Of a stretch of 64,000 bases of DNA, positions 30,979-51,605 are shown in pieces (the stretch's first letter is position 1; each line of letters begins with the position of its first letter). The position numbers and the translations under genes were made by a program. Source of the stretch: the human T2T-CHM13v2.0 reference genome, Homo sapiens; assembly GCF_009914755.1 (NCBI RefSeq), contig NC_060941.1; one strand, written 5' to 3'. A model generated the notes under the pieces. The model saw only the letters and a list, made by a program, of their open reading frames with translations, did no database searches and was not told where the DNA came from.

Positions 30979-31039
30979 CTGACTTTCATCATATTATAAA
31001 GAACTATCTTGCAGAGAGAATCTGCTTTCCATCTCTAAT

Positions 31040-33720
<2,681 letters not shown>

Positions 33721-34456
33721 CCATCTCCTTCTTTAGAAAGCCACCACCCACCTGCCAGGCTGTACTGCCATATCCCCCTTTGCTGGTGCTCTTGCAGAGC
33801 TCTCCAAAAGGACTGTAATCCCAGGTATAGCCCTGGGTCTGGTGGCCTTTATTCTCTGCCTGCCAAGCCTTATTGATAAGGGCTGGCCCTCAATTTGTGA
33901 CTTAACAACACACAATCAGTTATCGGATCCATTTTCCCAAGGGGGAAATCTTTAAAAAGCATGAAAACTAATACACTGTGGGCTAAACCTTATACAACAG
34001 GAAAATAGAAATAGGATATTGCTTGGAAGATAAATTTACTTTTCTTTCTTTCTTTCATGGACTACATCTGCAAGTACCCACTTGCAGCCATTCCAGAGAA
34101 ATCCTATGAAGTGAGTGAACATACTGGCTTAGCAACCGGCTTGCTTTTTTCTCAGCTCATGATGGAGCAGCAGCCAGCCCAGCAGCGCACATAAAATCTG
34201 TTTCATATCTTTCCTTACCTTCTTCCCCTTTTTCTTACGCTCACTGCCCTAGACTTACACCTTCCAAATGAAGTTGAATTATTAGCTAAGGCTCGGCTTT
34301 CTCTGGTTGTCAGATGGGTGGGGTTGAACAAAGTGGAAGGCAAAGATCTAAGGATGAGAAGACTACATGCGGATAAGAGCTCTAGTGCTGATGGATAATC
34401 TGGGAGTCTTAGACTTTTAATGATGATTTCAGTAAACAGAAACTTGATGTGGTTAA

Positions 34457-34791
<335 letters not shown>

Positions 34792-36217
34792 TGCTTGCTT
34801 TTTTAGTGGGAGGTGCATAATCAATTCCAATTACTGTCTTTGAGAAGATTGTTCCTTAGTTTGTGGTAGTGGAGTGGGAGCAGGAGGGAATAGCTGGTTT
34901 GGCCTGCAGCACATGAAACTCCAGGTATCTGCCTAGAATCCTGCTGTGGTCTAGACTTTCTTTGGAAACATATTTTAAAGTCATAGTTCCTTTATTTTAT
35001 TACTTAGTGTTCATAAACCTAACACATGTTCAGCTGAGCTTTAAGAATATCAGTCTTCTGATTAGCAACGTAGAATACCTACTCTCTAGGGTGTTGAGAA
35101 AGATTTTCAATTTGAATAATAGGAGTAAAATTTAATCAGAATCCTAGTTGAGAAAAATGTAACATGGGACATTTTTTAAGAATGTAGAGTTTATTTTTTC
35201 TAAGCCAAAACAACATTACCTATACAATTTTCATGTGTCTTGAATCCCCAAGGACATTAATCCTGTAGTATATTGACAGATGCAAATTAAATACATATAC
35301 ACACTGTTCTATCTATTGCATTCGGCAAGCATGATAAATGATTTTCTCCAGCAATGCTCAGCTCCGACTGGAAAAGTGGAAAACTGCAAGACTTGAGTTT
35401 GGGAGTTTAGGATGGGTTTGGGGGAAGGCAAAATGTGACCTTGAAAATATAGTTTAAGTGACAAAGAAAGGAGATGAAGTTAGTTAGGGTTGGAAGGCAG
35501 GTCAAAGTATGGATGGGCCTTGAAACTGTAAGTTCTCTTTTGATTATCTAAAATGAATGACATAATTAACAAGACAGAGTTTCAAAATAGTGAGATAATA
35601 ACCAAATATTTAGCAAATGGAGCTACTCAAAGTGTTAGAATAACACATGAGTTTAGCAGAAGATAAATAATAAAAAGGACAATATGAAATCCACATTATC
35701 TGATAGAAACATTTTTGCTTAAATTTTCCATCCTTTTTTTTTTTAATAGGACAGTCTTTTCCACCATTTTCAGCTCATTGCTTCCTGAACTCAACCATGT
35801 CAGTCAATGGGCTCCACCTTAAAATTTGTTCAGCATTAAGGATCCTAAATGAAGGACTGGGCAGTGTGGTTCTAGGAAAGCATGAACCTATACAGGGAAG
35901 GGTAAAAATTCAAACTAAGCCAATCATAAAAGAGACTCTTCTCCTGGTCAAACTCATTATGATTTACTATGCATCTATTAGTGAGGGAAGAACTGTAAGC
36001 CATTATCCAGCCTCTAGTTACAATCTTATATTTTATTATATGTAAAGAGATATTAAAACTGAGTTTATATTCTATAGTGCATTTCCCAAAAATAAGTCTG
36101 CAAAAGTTTACTGTGACCTGAGATAAACGTCTCTCTATTCTCTAAGAGCAAGTAATGAAATTTGTCAGGTTCTACATTTGTAAAACAAGCAAATCACAGT
36201 AGGATCGCTGAGGTCCT

Positions 36218-36398
36218 TTATTTTTATTTTTTAAAAGACAGAGTCTCACCTATTGCCCAGGCTGGAGTGCAGTGGTGCAATTATAGCTTCCTGCAGCCTC
36301 AAACTCCTGAACTCAAGCCACCCTCCCACCTCAGCCTCTCGAGTAGCTGGAACTACATGTTCATGCCACTGTGCTCAGCTAATTAAAAAGGTGTTTGT

Positions 36399-36443
<45 letters not shown>

Positions 36444-36555
36444 GGTAGAGATGGGATCTTGCTATATTGTCCAGGCTAGTCTCAAGTTCCTGGCCTTAAG
36501 CAATTCTCCCACCTCAGCCTCTCAAAGTGCTGGGATTACAGGTGTGTGTCCGGCC
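36218..36555 (-). mobile_element. AluJ with (TG)n linker, TSD GAGGTCCTTT
   Basis: Diverged Alu; GAGGTCCTTT at ~36210 and ~36559. Confidence 0.88.
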
Positions 36556-37164
36556 TTCGAGGTCCTTTTCCACCAAGAATTCTAAGATTATTGTGTAGCG
36601 CTGGTTTAAATGCACTCCCAGGGTTCATGTGAGGAGTCGGTGCTGAGTCAAGGTCTTTTTTTCCCAGTAAGCTAACACATCCACTTCAGCATTAACCTTT
36701 CCTGTCAAGACAACCCAAGGAATGGCTTTTTACGGTGCCACCCCAGAAAGAGAGACTTCATTTTATTTTCAACAGTCTTTGCCACACTTGCTTTGTCAGA
36801 AGTTTTGCTGATTCAGTATATACTACAGTTTGTTGAGGTCTTTATTTTCCCTCACAGAAATAATCTACAGATTATTATGTGACATCACTGAGGCCCGTGC
36901 CGTCTTGAAAATATTCAAAGGGACGTGAACGTCAAACAAAATGTATTCCAATGTCTATAGATATTTCTATTAATTACTGAACATTTGTATTGCTAATTTA
37001 CTAGATTTGTTCTCAAAGGACAATTTTTGCAGGTTGGCCGAATGTGCTAAGCACAGAACCCAAAATTTCTAAATAAAGGAGATCAACTGTTCTGAATTCC
37101 TCATTTTTTTACTAAAGATAAAATTATCGAGCAGTTGGTTTAAATAACATATAAATCTAGAGGA

Positions 37165-37360
37165 TTAGGGGAGATTTTGGAAATTTCTGGAAATATTTTG
37201 GGTTGTCACACTTGGGGAGTGGTACTGCCATCTGGTGGATAAGAGAGCAGAGATGCTGCAAAATATTTTACAATTCACAGGACAGCCTCCCCCACCACCA
37301 CTCCAACAAAGAAGTTTCCAATACAAAATGTCAATCGTGCCACTGTTGAGAAACTCACAT
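37165..37360 (+). mobile_element. MER20 (hAT-Charlie) DNA transposon relic
   Basis: TCTGGAAATATTTTGGGTTGTCACAC...CATCTGGTGG...GATGCTGC; related to copies at 47140 and 51606. Confidence 0.75.
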
Positions 37361-37544
37361 CTCATATAAGAATAAACTAAGTATCATTAAAATTATTTCT
37401 TTATAATCCTTGTAATATTTTCATTTATTGAGGCTTCAAAATAAGTTATTCTTACCTTCTATTTCAAATACTCCAAACATTCATGCAATATAACTTTTAA
37501 TCTAAGTGGAGATATTCCTTCCTAGTTTTTTTATATTAAGTTAA

Positions 37545-37935
<391 letters not shown>

Positions 37936-39399
37936 CAAGACAGTGATTTTAGCACAAGATTTCCACTCTTTTGCTTTGCAATTTCCATGAATATAACTCA
38001 GTAAATCAAAACAAGAAGATAATTTATTTTAGCACTAGTAATAGGCAAGTTACTATTGCTTGGCTAGACACTTTCAGGTTGGTGCAATGTGAATACACTG
38101 AGAATGAAGGAAGTATCCACTAGCCAGAGAGTCAACACAGATAAACACGTGGGAAGACAGTAGGAAGGATCACTCTTGCAGAGTTCTGCACCAGGTAAGG
38201 ACTGGCAATAGGAAGCATGGAACAGTTCAATTGCAATTGCATCAGTGCCCTGCATGCTTGAGAGATTCTTACCCTAGGTTTTTGCTTTCATTGTTTTCTT
38301 GGCATGAACTACTGTACTAGTCGATGTAATGCTGACTATCTGTTGTAACCAACCCCTAAATCTCAACAATCTCTATATCTTAATACCTCACAGTGGTCTG
38401 TGGCAGTTCAGGGTTTTCTTTTTCTTTTGTTTGTTTTCTTTAAGTTACCACAGTAGAGGACACCCACCTTCCTTCCCCATGACCCTCCCATCTTCAAAAA
38501 CAGACACAGAGCAACAAGTCTTCATGTTTCAAATCTCTATGACTTCCCCTTCTGCCACTATTCTAAGAAAGCTCTCTACGTTTAAGGCATCAGATGATTA
38601 GATCAGGCCCACACAGATAATCTTTCTTTTCCTAATGTCAAAGGTGTCATGAAATATAACAGAGACAATGAAGCAATATTGTGTCATATTCTTAGGGTCC
38701 AGAGATTAGGGAGGCAGATCTCTACTGGGCCATTTTGGAAATTCTGCCTCTCACAGTGCCAAATATAAATAAGAATATTTGTTGGTAATGTTATTATGAA
38801 GATTGCATAAAATAATCAATATATGTACAGAACCTAGTTATAATGTGTATTCTTAGTCTAATAAATAATGATAATATTGCCATGATCATATTATGCTTCC
38901 AAGTTTACTATTTCACTTTCTTTTATAGAACTGTTGGATATAAATCCTTTGCTTAACACACTTTCACTGAGATTATTATTGGCATTTTTTTTTAGCTTTG
39001 GGAACATACTCTTAGAATACTGAAATGATGTGTTTCTTCATCAGCTCCCAACATATAGCACATTGACACTTTCTTGTTGAAAACTGCTTCACTGAAGTCC
39101 TGAGTCTGAGTGTGTCATTAGTGCGGATGAACCCAGTCTTATAAAATCAAGTCTTATTTAAGGCATAGGCCTTATATACAATGATAATGGCACAGTCTTT
39201 GGAAATTTGGCTCACTGCAAGAAACACTTACTCTATTACTGATGTACGTAAAGTGAACTATAGTTTTCAATGGGTTGACTTGTATCAACTCATTTGTGAC
39301 TTATAAAAGTCAAGTGACTCAGTAGGATCAGTATTAATGTCTCTTTTTTAAAAAAAATAAGAAGTCTGGGGCCCTTGGCCCAAGGTCTCATACGAATAT

Positions 39400-40824
39400 T
39401 CTTACGGGTTGATGGAAGTGTTTTATTTTCAAAAACTAGAAGAATATAAGAACTAAAATCAAAGCCAAGGTCTTTCACACAACTTCCTTCAAGTATTCAA
39501 TTAGATAGCAATAATAATAGTATTAACAAGAAAAACTCACCTAAATAAGAGTATACAAGTTTATTTTAAGGTGTTCATAGGGTTACCAGTTGGATAGGTC
39601 ATAATAATATATAGAGATATGGGAAATTAAGACCTATGAAGTTTTAATTATTTGCATAAGAGTATGCCCTTGCATCATAAGAAAACATATAAAAACAGAA
39701 ATATGTTTCAAACTTGTATATAACATATATATACATGTTCAACTTGATCAGGTTCTTACTGAAATTATTTATTTATTTTTATTATACTTTAAGTTCTGGG
39801 ATACATGTGCTGAATGTGCAGGTTTGTTACACAGGTATACATGTGCCATGGTACTTTGCTGCACCCATCAACCCATCATCTACATCAGGTATTTCTCCTA
39901 ATGCTATCCCTCCCCTAGCCCCCATCCCCCCAACAGGCCCCAGGGTGTGGTGTTCCCCTCCCTGTGTCCATGTATTCTCATTGTTCAATTCCCACTTATG
40001 AGTGAGAACATGCGGTGTTTGGTTTTCTGTTCCTGTGTTAGTTTGCTGAGGATGATGGTTTCCAGCTTCATCCATGTCCCTGTGAAGAATATGAACTCAT
40101 CCTTTTCTATGGCTGCATAGTATTCCATGGTGTATATGTGTCACGTTTTCTTTATCCGGTCTATCATTTGTGGGTATTTTGGTTGGTTCCAAGTCTTTGC
40201 TATTGTAAACAGTGCTGCAATAAACATACGTGTGCATGTGTCTTTATAGTAGAATGATACAGATTTCAAATTTCCTTTATAGGCACAACAGACAAAACAT
40301 GGACTCACAATCTAAACTCTGAAAAATGACAGAAAAGGAAAACCAGTCAATTAAGAACAAGTATTTAAAAAGGGAATTATAAAAAGCAAATACTGTGCTG
40401 CTGGGTAATCAATTGACTCCCCTTACCCGGAAGTCAATAGGGTGTCTTAATTTATACTTTAATCAAAAAAATAAGAAAATATTTAATATTTTGAAGTTCA
40501 GAGAAAGAAAATTAAGCATTCTCCATGACATCCTCAGAAATGTAGACAATTCTATAATAAATGCATTTTTAAACTTAACACAGTAGGAAACATGGGATTT
40601 GGTTGCTGGCACAAAGGCTGCATGGTATGGCTTAGGCTTATGCCCTACGATCGCCCTCACTGACATTGCCTGTTGTCTCACTGTAAGAAATACTACTGAG
40701 GATAATTATTGCATGAGTTTCAAATGCATTTTGTACCACCTCTGATATAAGGCATATTAAGGCTATAAAATATTATCTTTAAAAGAGTCACAGGATTAAA
40801 GAAAGATATAGGGTATTTGGAGCT
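39400..40824 (-). other. ABCA9: ABCA9 3'UTR; end uncertain, candidate AATAAA signals at ~39560 and ~39422
   Basis: Downstream of the stop codon; TTTATT hexamers on plus. Confidence 0.6.
39765..40256 (-). mobile_element. L1PA 3' end in the ABCA9 3'UTR region, same sense as the gene
   Basis: TTATTATACTTTAAGTTCTGGGATACATGTG...AGTATTCCATGGTGTATATGTG. Confidence 0.92.
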
Positions 40825-40923
40825 TTAAGGCTCTTCCTGCAGGAGGAGTTTCCACTTCACCGAGGGATCAAAGTCCTCTTCAAGATCACCCAGCTCCTGC
40901 TCCTTGGAGAGCTCCAGGAAAAC
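40825..40923 (-). CDS. ABCA9: ABCA9 last coding exon ([32 protein letters not shown])
   Basis: Acceptor TAG|; TAA at 40827-40825; ABCA9-type C-terminus. Confidence 0.95.
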   Translation of the reverse strand, partial: VFLELSKEQELGDLEEDFDPSVKWKLLLQEEP

Positions 40924-41044
40924 CTAAAAGGAAGGAAAGAAATAAAGAGAGGAGAACAATGCCATACTGCCTCCTGCAGCTCCAGGCGAATGCATTATAC
41001 ATGTATATTCCATGGATGTTATAGAATCACTAAAAATGACCCAC

Positions 41045-41100
41045 CTGCTCCAGGGTAGACTGTGAGAGGCTGTACTCCTCCAGGTCGAAACTCTGTTTAA
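41045..41100 (-). CDS. ABCA9: ABCA9 exon, 56 nt (VKQSFDLEEYSLSQSTLEQ)
   Basis: CAG| ... |GTGGGT; ABCA motif YSLSQSTLEQVF. Confidence 0.95.
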
Positions 41101-42853
41101 CTGCATAAGAATGAGCATACATTAGGAATTCTATTTTTTTTTTCAGTGAGTTTTACCAAGTAACAAACCAAAATACATACAAGTAGATCTTAAACATAAA
41201 AGATAAGGTAATAAGTATTCTTAGACTAAATATGGGAAAGCAAACGCGATATAGTCATATAACAGGAGGAAACTCCATCCCTTTCATCTAGAGTATTGGT
41301 AGAGGCACCACAAAACTAGAAAGCAATATCAGAGGTTCCAGAGCATCTGTGCAGAACAAGCTAAGAGATGGTACCCTCTGTGCTAGACGATGACCACGTA
41401 CCCCTCTGTACCAGCCCTCATTCTTGTCTACTCCAAAGGCTGATGTAACAGATGTCTTCTGGTGGACATCACCAATGGCAAGCCCATTAGGAAGGACAGG
41501 GGAGACAGGAGGTCAAGGCATTTATTCTTTCACTTCCTCCCTGACACCAAGTGTGTGCCTTGTTTCTCTCAAGGTAGTAAGTTCTACATGACTCTACCCT
41601 CAAGTTCAGGTCATTGCTTCCTCTCTTAGTCCCTCTGGACCTAAGAATGGTAACACTTCTATTGTTTCTCGTCTCAGGTAGTTACACTGTTCCATGTACC
41701 TTTGCAAAGAGTCTTCTGATAAACAAACGTTCCTTGAATTATCCTATTTTGAGTTTACCATCTGATACCAATTTGGACCATGACTGAGACCTCAACCATG
41801 TAGATACATAAGAAGAGGAAGATAATGAATGGAAAAATGAGACTGGAAGGCAAATATTTCTTTTGGACAGTGTCAGACTGCTGTGGCATTTTCTTTCTTC
41901 TTTCCTTGGACATAGGACTAGTCCCTATCTTATATCTGGAAACATGTGAAGAAATACAGTGGGTGGCTGACTTCCCTGCACTTGTAGAGTTTAGAGAAGC
42001 AAAGATGCTTGTGTGTTTCTCATGGATTTCAAAGGGGAGGTATCTTGAGAAGATCACCTGGAAAGGGAAAGGGGTTTCAAGGAAGGGACTCAGGAGCTGC
42101 CAGGTGGTCACAGGAGCCGCCAGGTGGTCACAGGAGCCAAAAGCAGGATGCATCACCCACCCCGGGGAGCTGTAATCAGAGGTAATAGATGAGGGGGGGA
42201 AAGAAAGTCATCAAGGAACCCATAAAAGTACCCAATGAAAGAAAGGGCCAGCAATTCTTCATTTCTATACTGGAGACCCCAATGTGATATCATAGCTCTA
42301 ATGATCAGATCAAGCTCTGATGCAATATTATCTCTTCTTTTTTCCACTTACACTACACCCTGGAGAGGCCCAAAACATTCGTTTATGAGTCATGGAGGAA
42401 ATAGAGAAAGAAAAGACATAAAATTGACCATTTCACCTTCTAAGCTATAGGTCTTCAAATTCGAAGCAAGTCTGACCAAGAAGGGGCATGTGAGGCTAGG
42501 GTTTTGCTGGAGTTTACATTACCCAGCAGAGATTGGTGGTAGGAAAGAATGAAACTATGCAACAAGGTAAAAGGATTGCCATGGAGCAGGCATTTGGCTT
42601 GGACGACACCGTGCCTAGCCCATTCAATAAGTGTATTGCACCTGAGAATGTAACAGTGTCCAAGAACATTTGGAGGAAAAAATGCTAGCTTACATCTCCA
42701 CATTTTGTACTTTGTGTCGTCTTCACATATTGGAGCAAGAAACTCTGATAAATACTTTGTTTTTCCCCCTAAATGAGAACTTCACTTTTAGCAAATTAAG
42801 TACTGCAGGAGGAATTTGAGGTGGGAGGGAATGCTTTTGAAAGCAGAAGCATG

Positions 42854-46250
<3,397 letters not shown>

Positions 46251-46547
46251 GAAAGCAGAAACATGAGCAGCCTTTTTTAAAAAGCCTCTAGGGAGGCAGC
46301 CTTCCTGAAACATCAATCTCTGCTCCTAATCCATTATAAAATACTTCCTGTTGATCTCACTGCGGAATCCTTCCAACTGGAAAGATGCCAACCAGCCATT
46401 GGGGCATAATGGTCAGTGTGGTCAATGTGAAAAACGGCCACATAGACCACAGGGTGAGGTTGACCAACAGGATGAGAAAGTGAAACAAAAACCTATTTGG
46501 GTGATCCTAACCCTGTCTCAAGAAGAATCTCATTAAAAGCTAGGATG

Positions 46548-46742
46548 ACCATCCTGGCCAACATGTTGAAACTCTGTCTCTACTAAAAATACAAAAATTA
46601 GCTGGGTGTGCTGGTGTGTGCTACTCGGGAGGCTGAGGCAGGAGAATTGCTTGAACCCAGGAGGCAGAGGTGCAGTGAGCCGAGATTGTGCCACTGCACC
46701 ACTCCAGCCTGCCAGCCTGGCGACAAAGGAAAACTCTTTCTC

Positions 46743-46768
<26 letters not shown>
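46548..46768 (+). mobile_element. 5'-truncated Alu, TSD AAAAGCTAGGATG
   Basis: Alu from ACCATCCTGGCCAACATG to poly(A); flanking direct repeat. Confidence 0.9.
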
Positions 46769-46773
<5 letters not shown>

Positions 46774-47139
46774 GATGCTTGAGGCCTCTGATGAAGGCAG
46801 GTAACAAGCCAGAAAGTACAGCTCAAGAAGGGGCATGAGGTTTCATACACTAACTCATCAGATTTCATACACTAACATGACAGGGAAAAACCAAGCCCCT
46901 GATACATTGATGCAGTATGCAAAGACCAAAATCCAAGGGCCTAAAATGACTTACAGATTAACACACCTAAACAGAGACAGGAACCTCCTTATCTGCATCT
47001 ATCAATAGATGGCTATAAAACAATACATAGAGGCAAAAACCAAATTCATATGTTTCTGTTTGTATGAGTTTGTGGATAATCTACCGCTGAATGTACATGG
47101 TCTCTTTCTCCCAGAGCCTTGTTCAATTACAGTAGGGTA

Positions 47140-47335
47140 CCTTGGCCCCAGCACTAATGACGTTTTGACTGATCACTCTTTCCTGTGATGGCTGACCAAT
47201 GCACTGTAGGGTAGTTAGCATCATCCCTGGCCTCCACCCACTAGAAACCACTTGCATCCAACCTCTCTGTCCGCACTTGTAAGAACCCCAAATCTTCCCA
47301 GACATTGCCAAATCACCCCTTATGGAAAAACACTG
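47140..47335 (-). mobile_element. MER20 relic
   Basis: TTAGCATCATCCCTGGCCTCCACCCACTAGA; CCAGACATTGCCAAAT. Confidence 0.72.
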
Positions 47336-47469
47336 GATTAGCAGTCTTAGTAATGTATTAATGATATAACAGCATAATTCTATGTTTATGTATTTTTAAA
47401 ATACTGGTTCTATGTCAGATTTAGGCTTATCTGTTTCCCAGAGTTTTGTCTCTAAACAGTCACTCTTAC

Positions 47470-47549
47470 CTATCTCTAATTTGAAGAAAGCCTGTGATAA
47501 AGGTCGCACATCCTCAACAGGCAACTTATAGACCATCAGGGAGGAGAAC
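47470..47549 (-). CDS. ABCA9: ABCA9 exon, 80 nt ([26 protein letters not shown])
   Basis: CAG| ... |GTAAGA; frame-consistent. Confidence 0.95.
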
Positions 47550-47629
47550 CTGCGAAGAGAAGACAGTGAGGCTGAACTCCAGGTGTCAAGGTTGAAACCC
47601 CGATGGGTACAAGTCTAAAAAGGGAAACA

Positions 47630-47940
47630 AGGCTAGGCATGGTGGCCCATGCCTGTAACCACTGCAATTTGGGAGGCCAAGAAGGGAAGATTGCTTGAGC
47701 CTATGAGTTTGAGACCAGTCTGGGAAACAGATGGAGATCCCATCTCCACAAAAAAACTTAAAAATTAGCCAGGAATGGTGGTGTGTGCCTGTATTCCCAG
47801 CTACCATGGAGGCTGAGGCAGGAGGACCACTTGAGCCCATGGGATTGAGGCTGCAGTGAGCGGTGATTGCACCACTGCACTGTAGACTGGGCGACAGAGT
47901 GAGATCCTGTCTCAAAAAATGAAAATAAAAAAATGAAAAG
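47630..47940 (+). mobile_element. AluJ
   Basis: Diverged Alu consensus. Confidence 0.88.
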
Positions 47941-48616
47941 GAGCAACAATATCGTCAACAATCTGTCTAAATAGTCACATCTGTGCGGTGTTAGAGAGAC
48001 ACTCATAATGTAAGTGCTCTTTGATCAACAAGAAGTCAATCTACTAAGAGGAGGAATGAAAGACAAAGGGAAGGAAATTAACAGCCCCTATGCCTTATGA
48101 AGGGAAGAAGCAGAACTTCTTATCCTTCTTCTTAGTGAGAAGAGAGTAGCATTTCAGTAAAAAGAACTAGATTCTACTCCTGTCTCCACACTCTGAGCCT
48201 CAGTTGATTTCACTGATAATAATATATAGAAATGTTAAGAGACACCATTCACTGAGCTTTGACTGATGCCTGGCACTCTGGCATGGGCTTTATGCAGGTG
48301 ATTTCCTTTAATGAGGGATGGTTTTACCCTCTAGAAGGAACCCCTGAGATGACCTAAGTGCATGCATGCATCAGTATTTGGCATGTTAGAGCCCCCATGC
48401 ATGCTGATTCTCTTACAAGGGTCAGCTTTCAAATCAGCACTTTGTTCTCTTATTTCCCTCTTGTGGGAGCCCTTGGAATTGAATTTCTCTTAAGTAAAGT
48501 ACTTGCAATTACCATAGAGTTAAAGAACGAGAAGATAAAGCTCTTATTCCGTCATCATAGCAGAAATATGGAAACAAAAACCAAGGACTGTGATAAAACA
48601 AAACACCTGTGTCTAC

Positions 48617-48757
48617 CTTTCCTGCTGAGCAGCCTGGGGGAAAAGCCTCAGGATCTCTGCATGGAGGGGCTCCATTTGTGCCAGGTTCTTCAGCTTCATC
48701 TCCAGCAGGTAGTCTTTGCCAAATTTGCTTTTCAGGTGTTGGATGGAACCAATACAT
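48617..48757 (-). CDS. ABCA9: ABCA9 exon, 141 nt ([47 protein letters not shown])
   Basis: CAG| ... |GTAGAC. Confidence 0.95.
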
Positions 48758-48963
48758 CTGAAGGTAACAGAAGGATAAAGTCAAGCAAGAAAAGAGAAAA
48801 ATGTATGGCTTGTGATGTTCAGCCTCTGGAGGCCAGAGTAAGGCCACATAGAGTTGGAAGCAACCATGCTAGCTCCTCACGATGGGTAGCCTGGTGCAGG
48901 GAAATAAACTTTGCTCACAGCACACAACCTAGGGGCTGAGCGCCGGCTTGGACAGGCACTCAC

Positions 48964-49083
48964 CTCAGCCTTCCTGACACCATGATGGCCACTCGGTCAC
49001 ACACCGCCTCAGCCTCTGCCATGTAGTGGGTGGTCAGGAGGGCGCCCCTCTCCGTGTTTCTAAAGGTGGCCCGAATCACCTGC
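48964..49083 (-). CDS. ABCA9: ABCA9 exon, 120 nt ([39 protein letters not shown]), H-loop
   Basis: TAG| ... |GTGAGT; LTTHYM switch motif. Confidence 0.96.
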
Positions 49084-49792
49084 CTAAAGTTAAGTCAAGA
49101 GAAAACGTGAACTCATGGGAATGCTCAAGGTATTTGGAATTTTAAAAAGAAGTTTCCATCGACGCAAAGATGAAACATGCAGCGAATTCAGACTAGACAA
49201 AAAAGGGGTGTGTGTAGGGATGACAGGCACGGAAACCAAACTATTGGATAGAGTATATAATTCAGAACGTAGAAAATGATATTGGGTAAGATGCTGTTTA
49301 TAAAAATACTAAGTTCAGAAATATTTATGAGAATGCAGTAGGAACAAAGAAAATTAGGAGAATTTACTAAAAAGCTTGATAATCATGACATACTCCCTAT
49401 AGGTACAAGATGACAGAATTCAGAAACTTCCCAAAAATAATTTTAAAATATATTGAAGATTTGGAATGTTTCTTTTTTTCCTCCATAGGAATTGTATATC
49501 AGGTGATGTTGCAGAAAGATTTAAAGCTTCATTATAGATTGATTTGGCTGTATAAAAATGTTCCATGTAGGCACAGACACAAAAATTATTCGAGCAAATA
49601 TTAGGGTGAGATAATATAGCTTTTTCTTCTCAATAAAAGCTGGTTGTGATTTGAAATCAGATAATTTTTTTTCCTAAAATATTGCTTTTCCTGATACTGT
49701 GTCTTTTCCTTTCTAAGTAAACAATGATTTTGCAGGCCAGTTTTCACAGGATCAATACACTCATGCAGAGGTTGCTCATGATAGCACCTCAC

Positions 49793-49887
49793 CACATTTG
49801 CTGCTGCCCCTCGGGGTCCATCCCGGTCGACGGCTCATCCAGAAGCACCACTGACGGGTTCCCCAGGATGCTCAGCACAAAGCACAG
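49793..49887 (-). CDS. ABCA9: ABCA9 exon, 95 nt ([31 protein letters not shown]), Walker B
   Basis: CAG| ... |GTGAGG; VLLDEP. Confidence 0.96.
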
Positions 49888-49960
49888 CTGCAACGGGAGG
49901 AACAGCCCCTCTGGTTCCCATCTACGGCACTTGCAGAGCAACAACAAGCCCTGCCCGTAC

Positions 49961-50036
49961 CTTTCGCTTTATTCCCTCTGACAAGGTCTTCACGGGAGCC
50001 TTCAGCTGGTCCTGCAGCTTGAGCGCATCCACTAAC
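49961..50036 (-). CDS. ABCA9: ABCA9 exon, 76 nt ([25 protein letters not shown]), degenerate ABC signature
   Basis: CAG| ... |GTACGG. Confidence 0.95.
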
Positions 50037-50234
50037 CTGAAGAAAACAGAGTCAATCCACATAATCCCAACACTGGCGAATGTACATGGGAGAATGAGCA
50101 AATCAGGAGAAACACGACGGTGGGGGAGGTGTTTATGAGTGGTCAGAGTGGTCATAAAATTTAAACCACCTAGGTACTTTATGAACCTTTCATAGTCATC
50201 AAACTCATATTTTCAATGATGTCTTTCCATATTA

Positions 50235-50885
<651 letters not shown>

Positions 50886-51071
50886 TCAATAAACATTTTT
50901 CTCTCCAGGCTCAAAGTGAGAGAAAACAACACTGAACAGAGTTCTAGATGACCAAATCTTCTCCCACAAGCATGGGGTCATCAATTACAACCTCCCTGTC
51001 TTCATTTTGTGTGTATGTTATTAATACAACATCCCCTCCAGCAAAGGGGAGTGCCCCCCAGTCCCAGGTAC

Positions 51072-51232
51072 CGTGTGATGGCGATCATTGCGTCCCCTTT
51101 CCTGAGACCTTTCACGGCAGCGTACACCTCCAGGTGCTGCCTCACTGTCAGGTTGGGCCACAGCGCATTCTCCTGAGGGCAGTACCCCAGGAAGCCCAGG
51201 GGTTCCCCTCCACCGCTCCCTTTCAAAATCAC
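51072..51232 (-). CDS. ABCA9: ABCA9 exon, 161 nt ([53 protein letters not shown]), Q-loop
   Basis: TAG| ... |GTACCT; GYCPQ. Confidence 0.96.
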
Positions 51233-51605
51233 CTATGCAAAATAAGTTCATTCTTAGATTCTATCCCAAATGTCACGTATATGTATATGCATGTAAGCCG
51301 TACTTCAGAGATGCCCTTCTCTTCACACACACAGGTGCTAAGTGCACAAATGCAAATCAGTAATCACTTAACTTTGGGGAAAAGGTGGTAAAAGCCCACT
51401 TTAAAAGGCAGACATTCCATGGTTATCCATTGTAGTGTAGACTTTACTACCAATTCCATGACCGTGATTGAACTCAAGATTGCTGATTTGAGTGTCTTTT
51501 ACTTGGCTTCATTCATTGATCCAAACATTCAAAGGAATAGATACTTGTTGAGAATTCTGTTTCGCCAGTGATAGTTATAATTATAGGATTTATCTTGCAA
51601 TAAGG

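Noticed and set aside
48358-48939. 193-aa plus-strand ORF
   Set aside because: Antisense shadow of an ABCA9 exon
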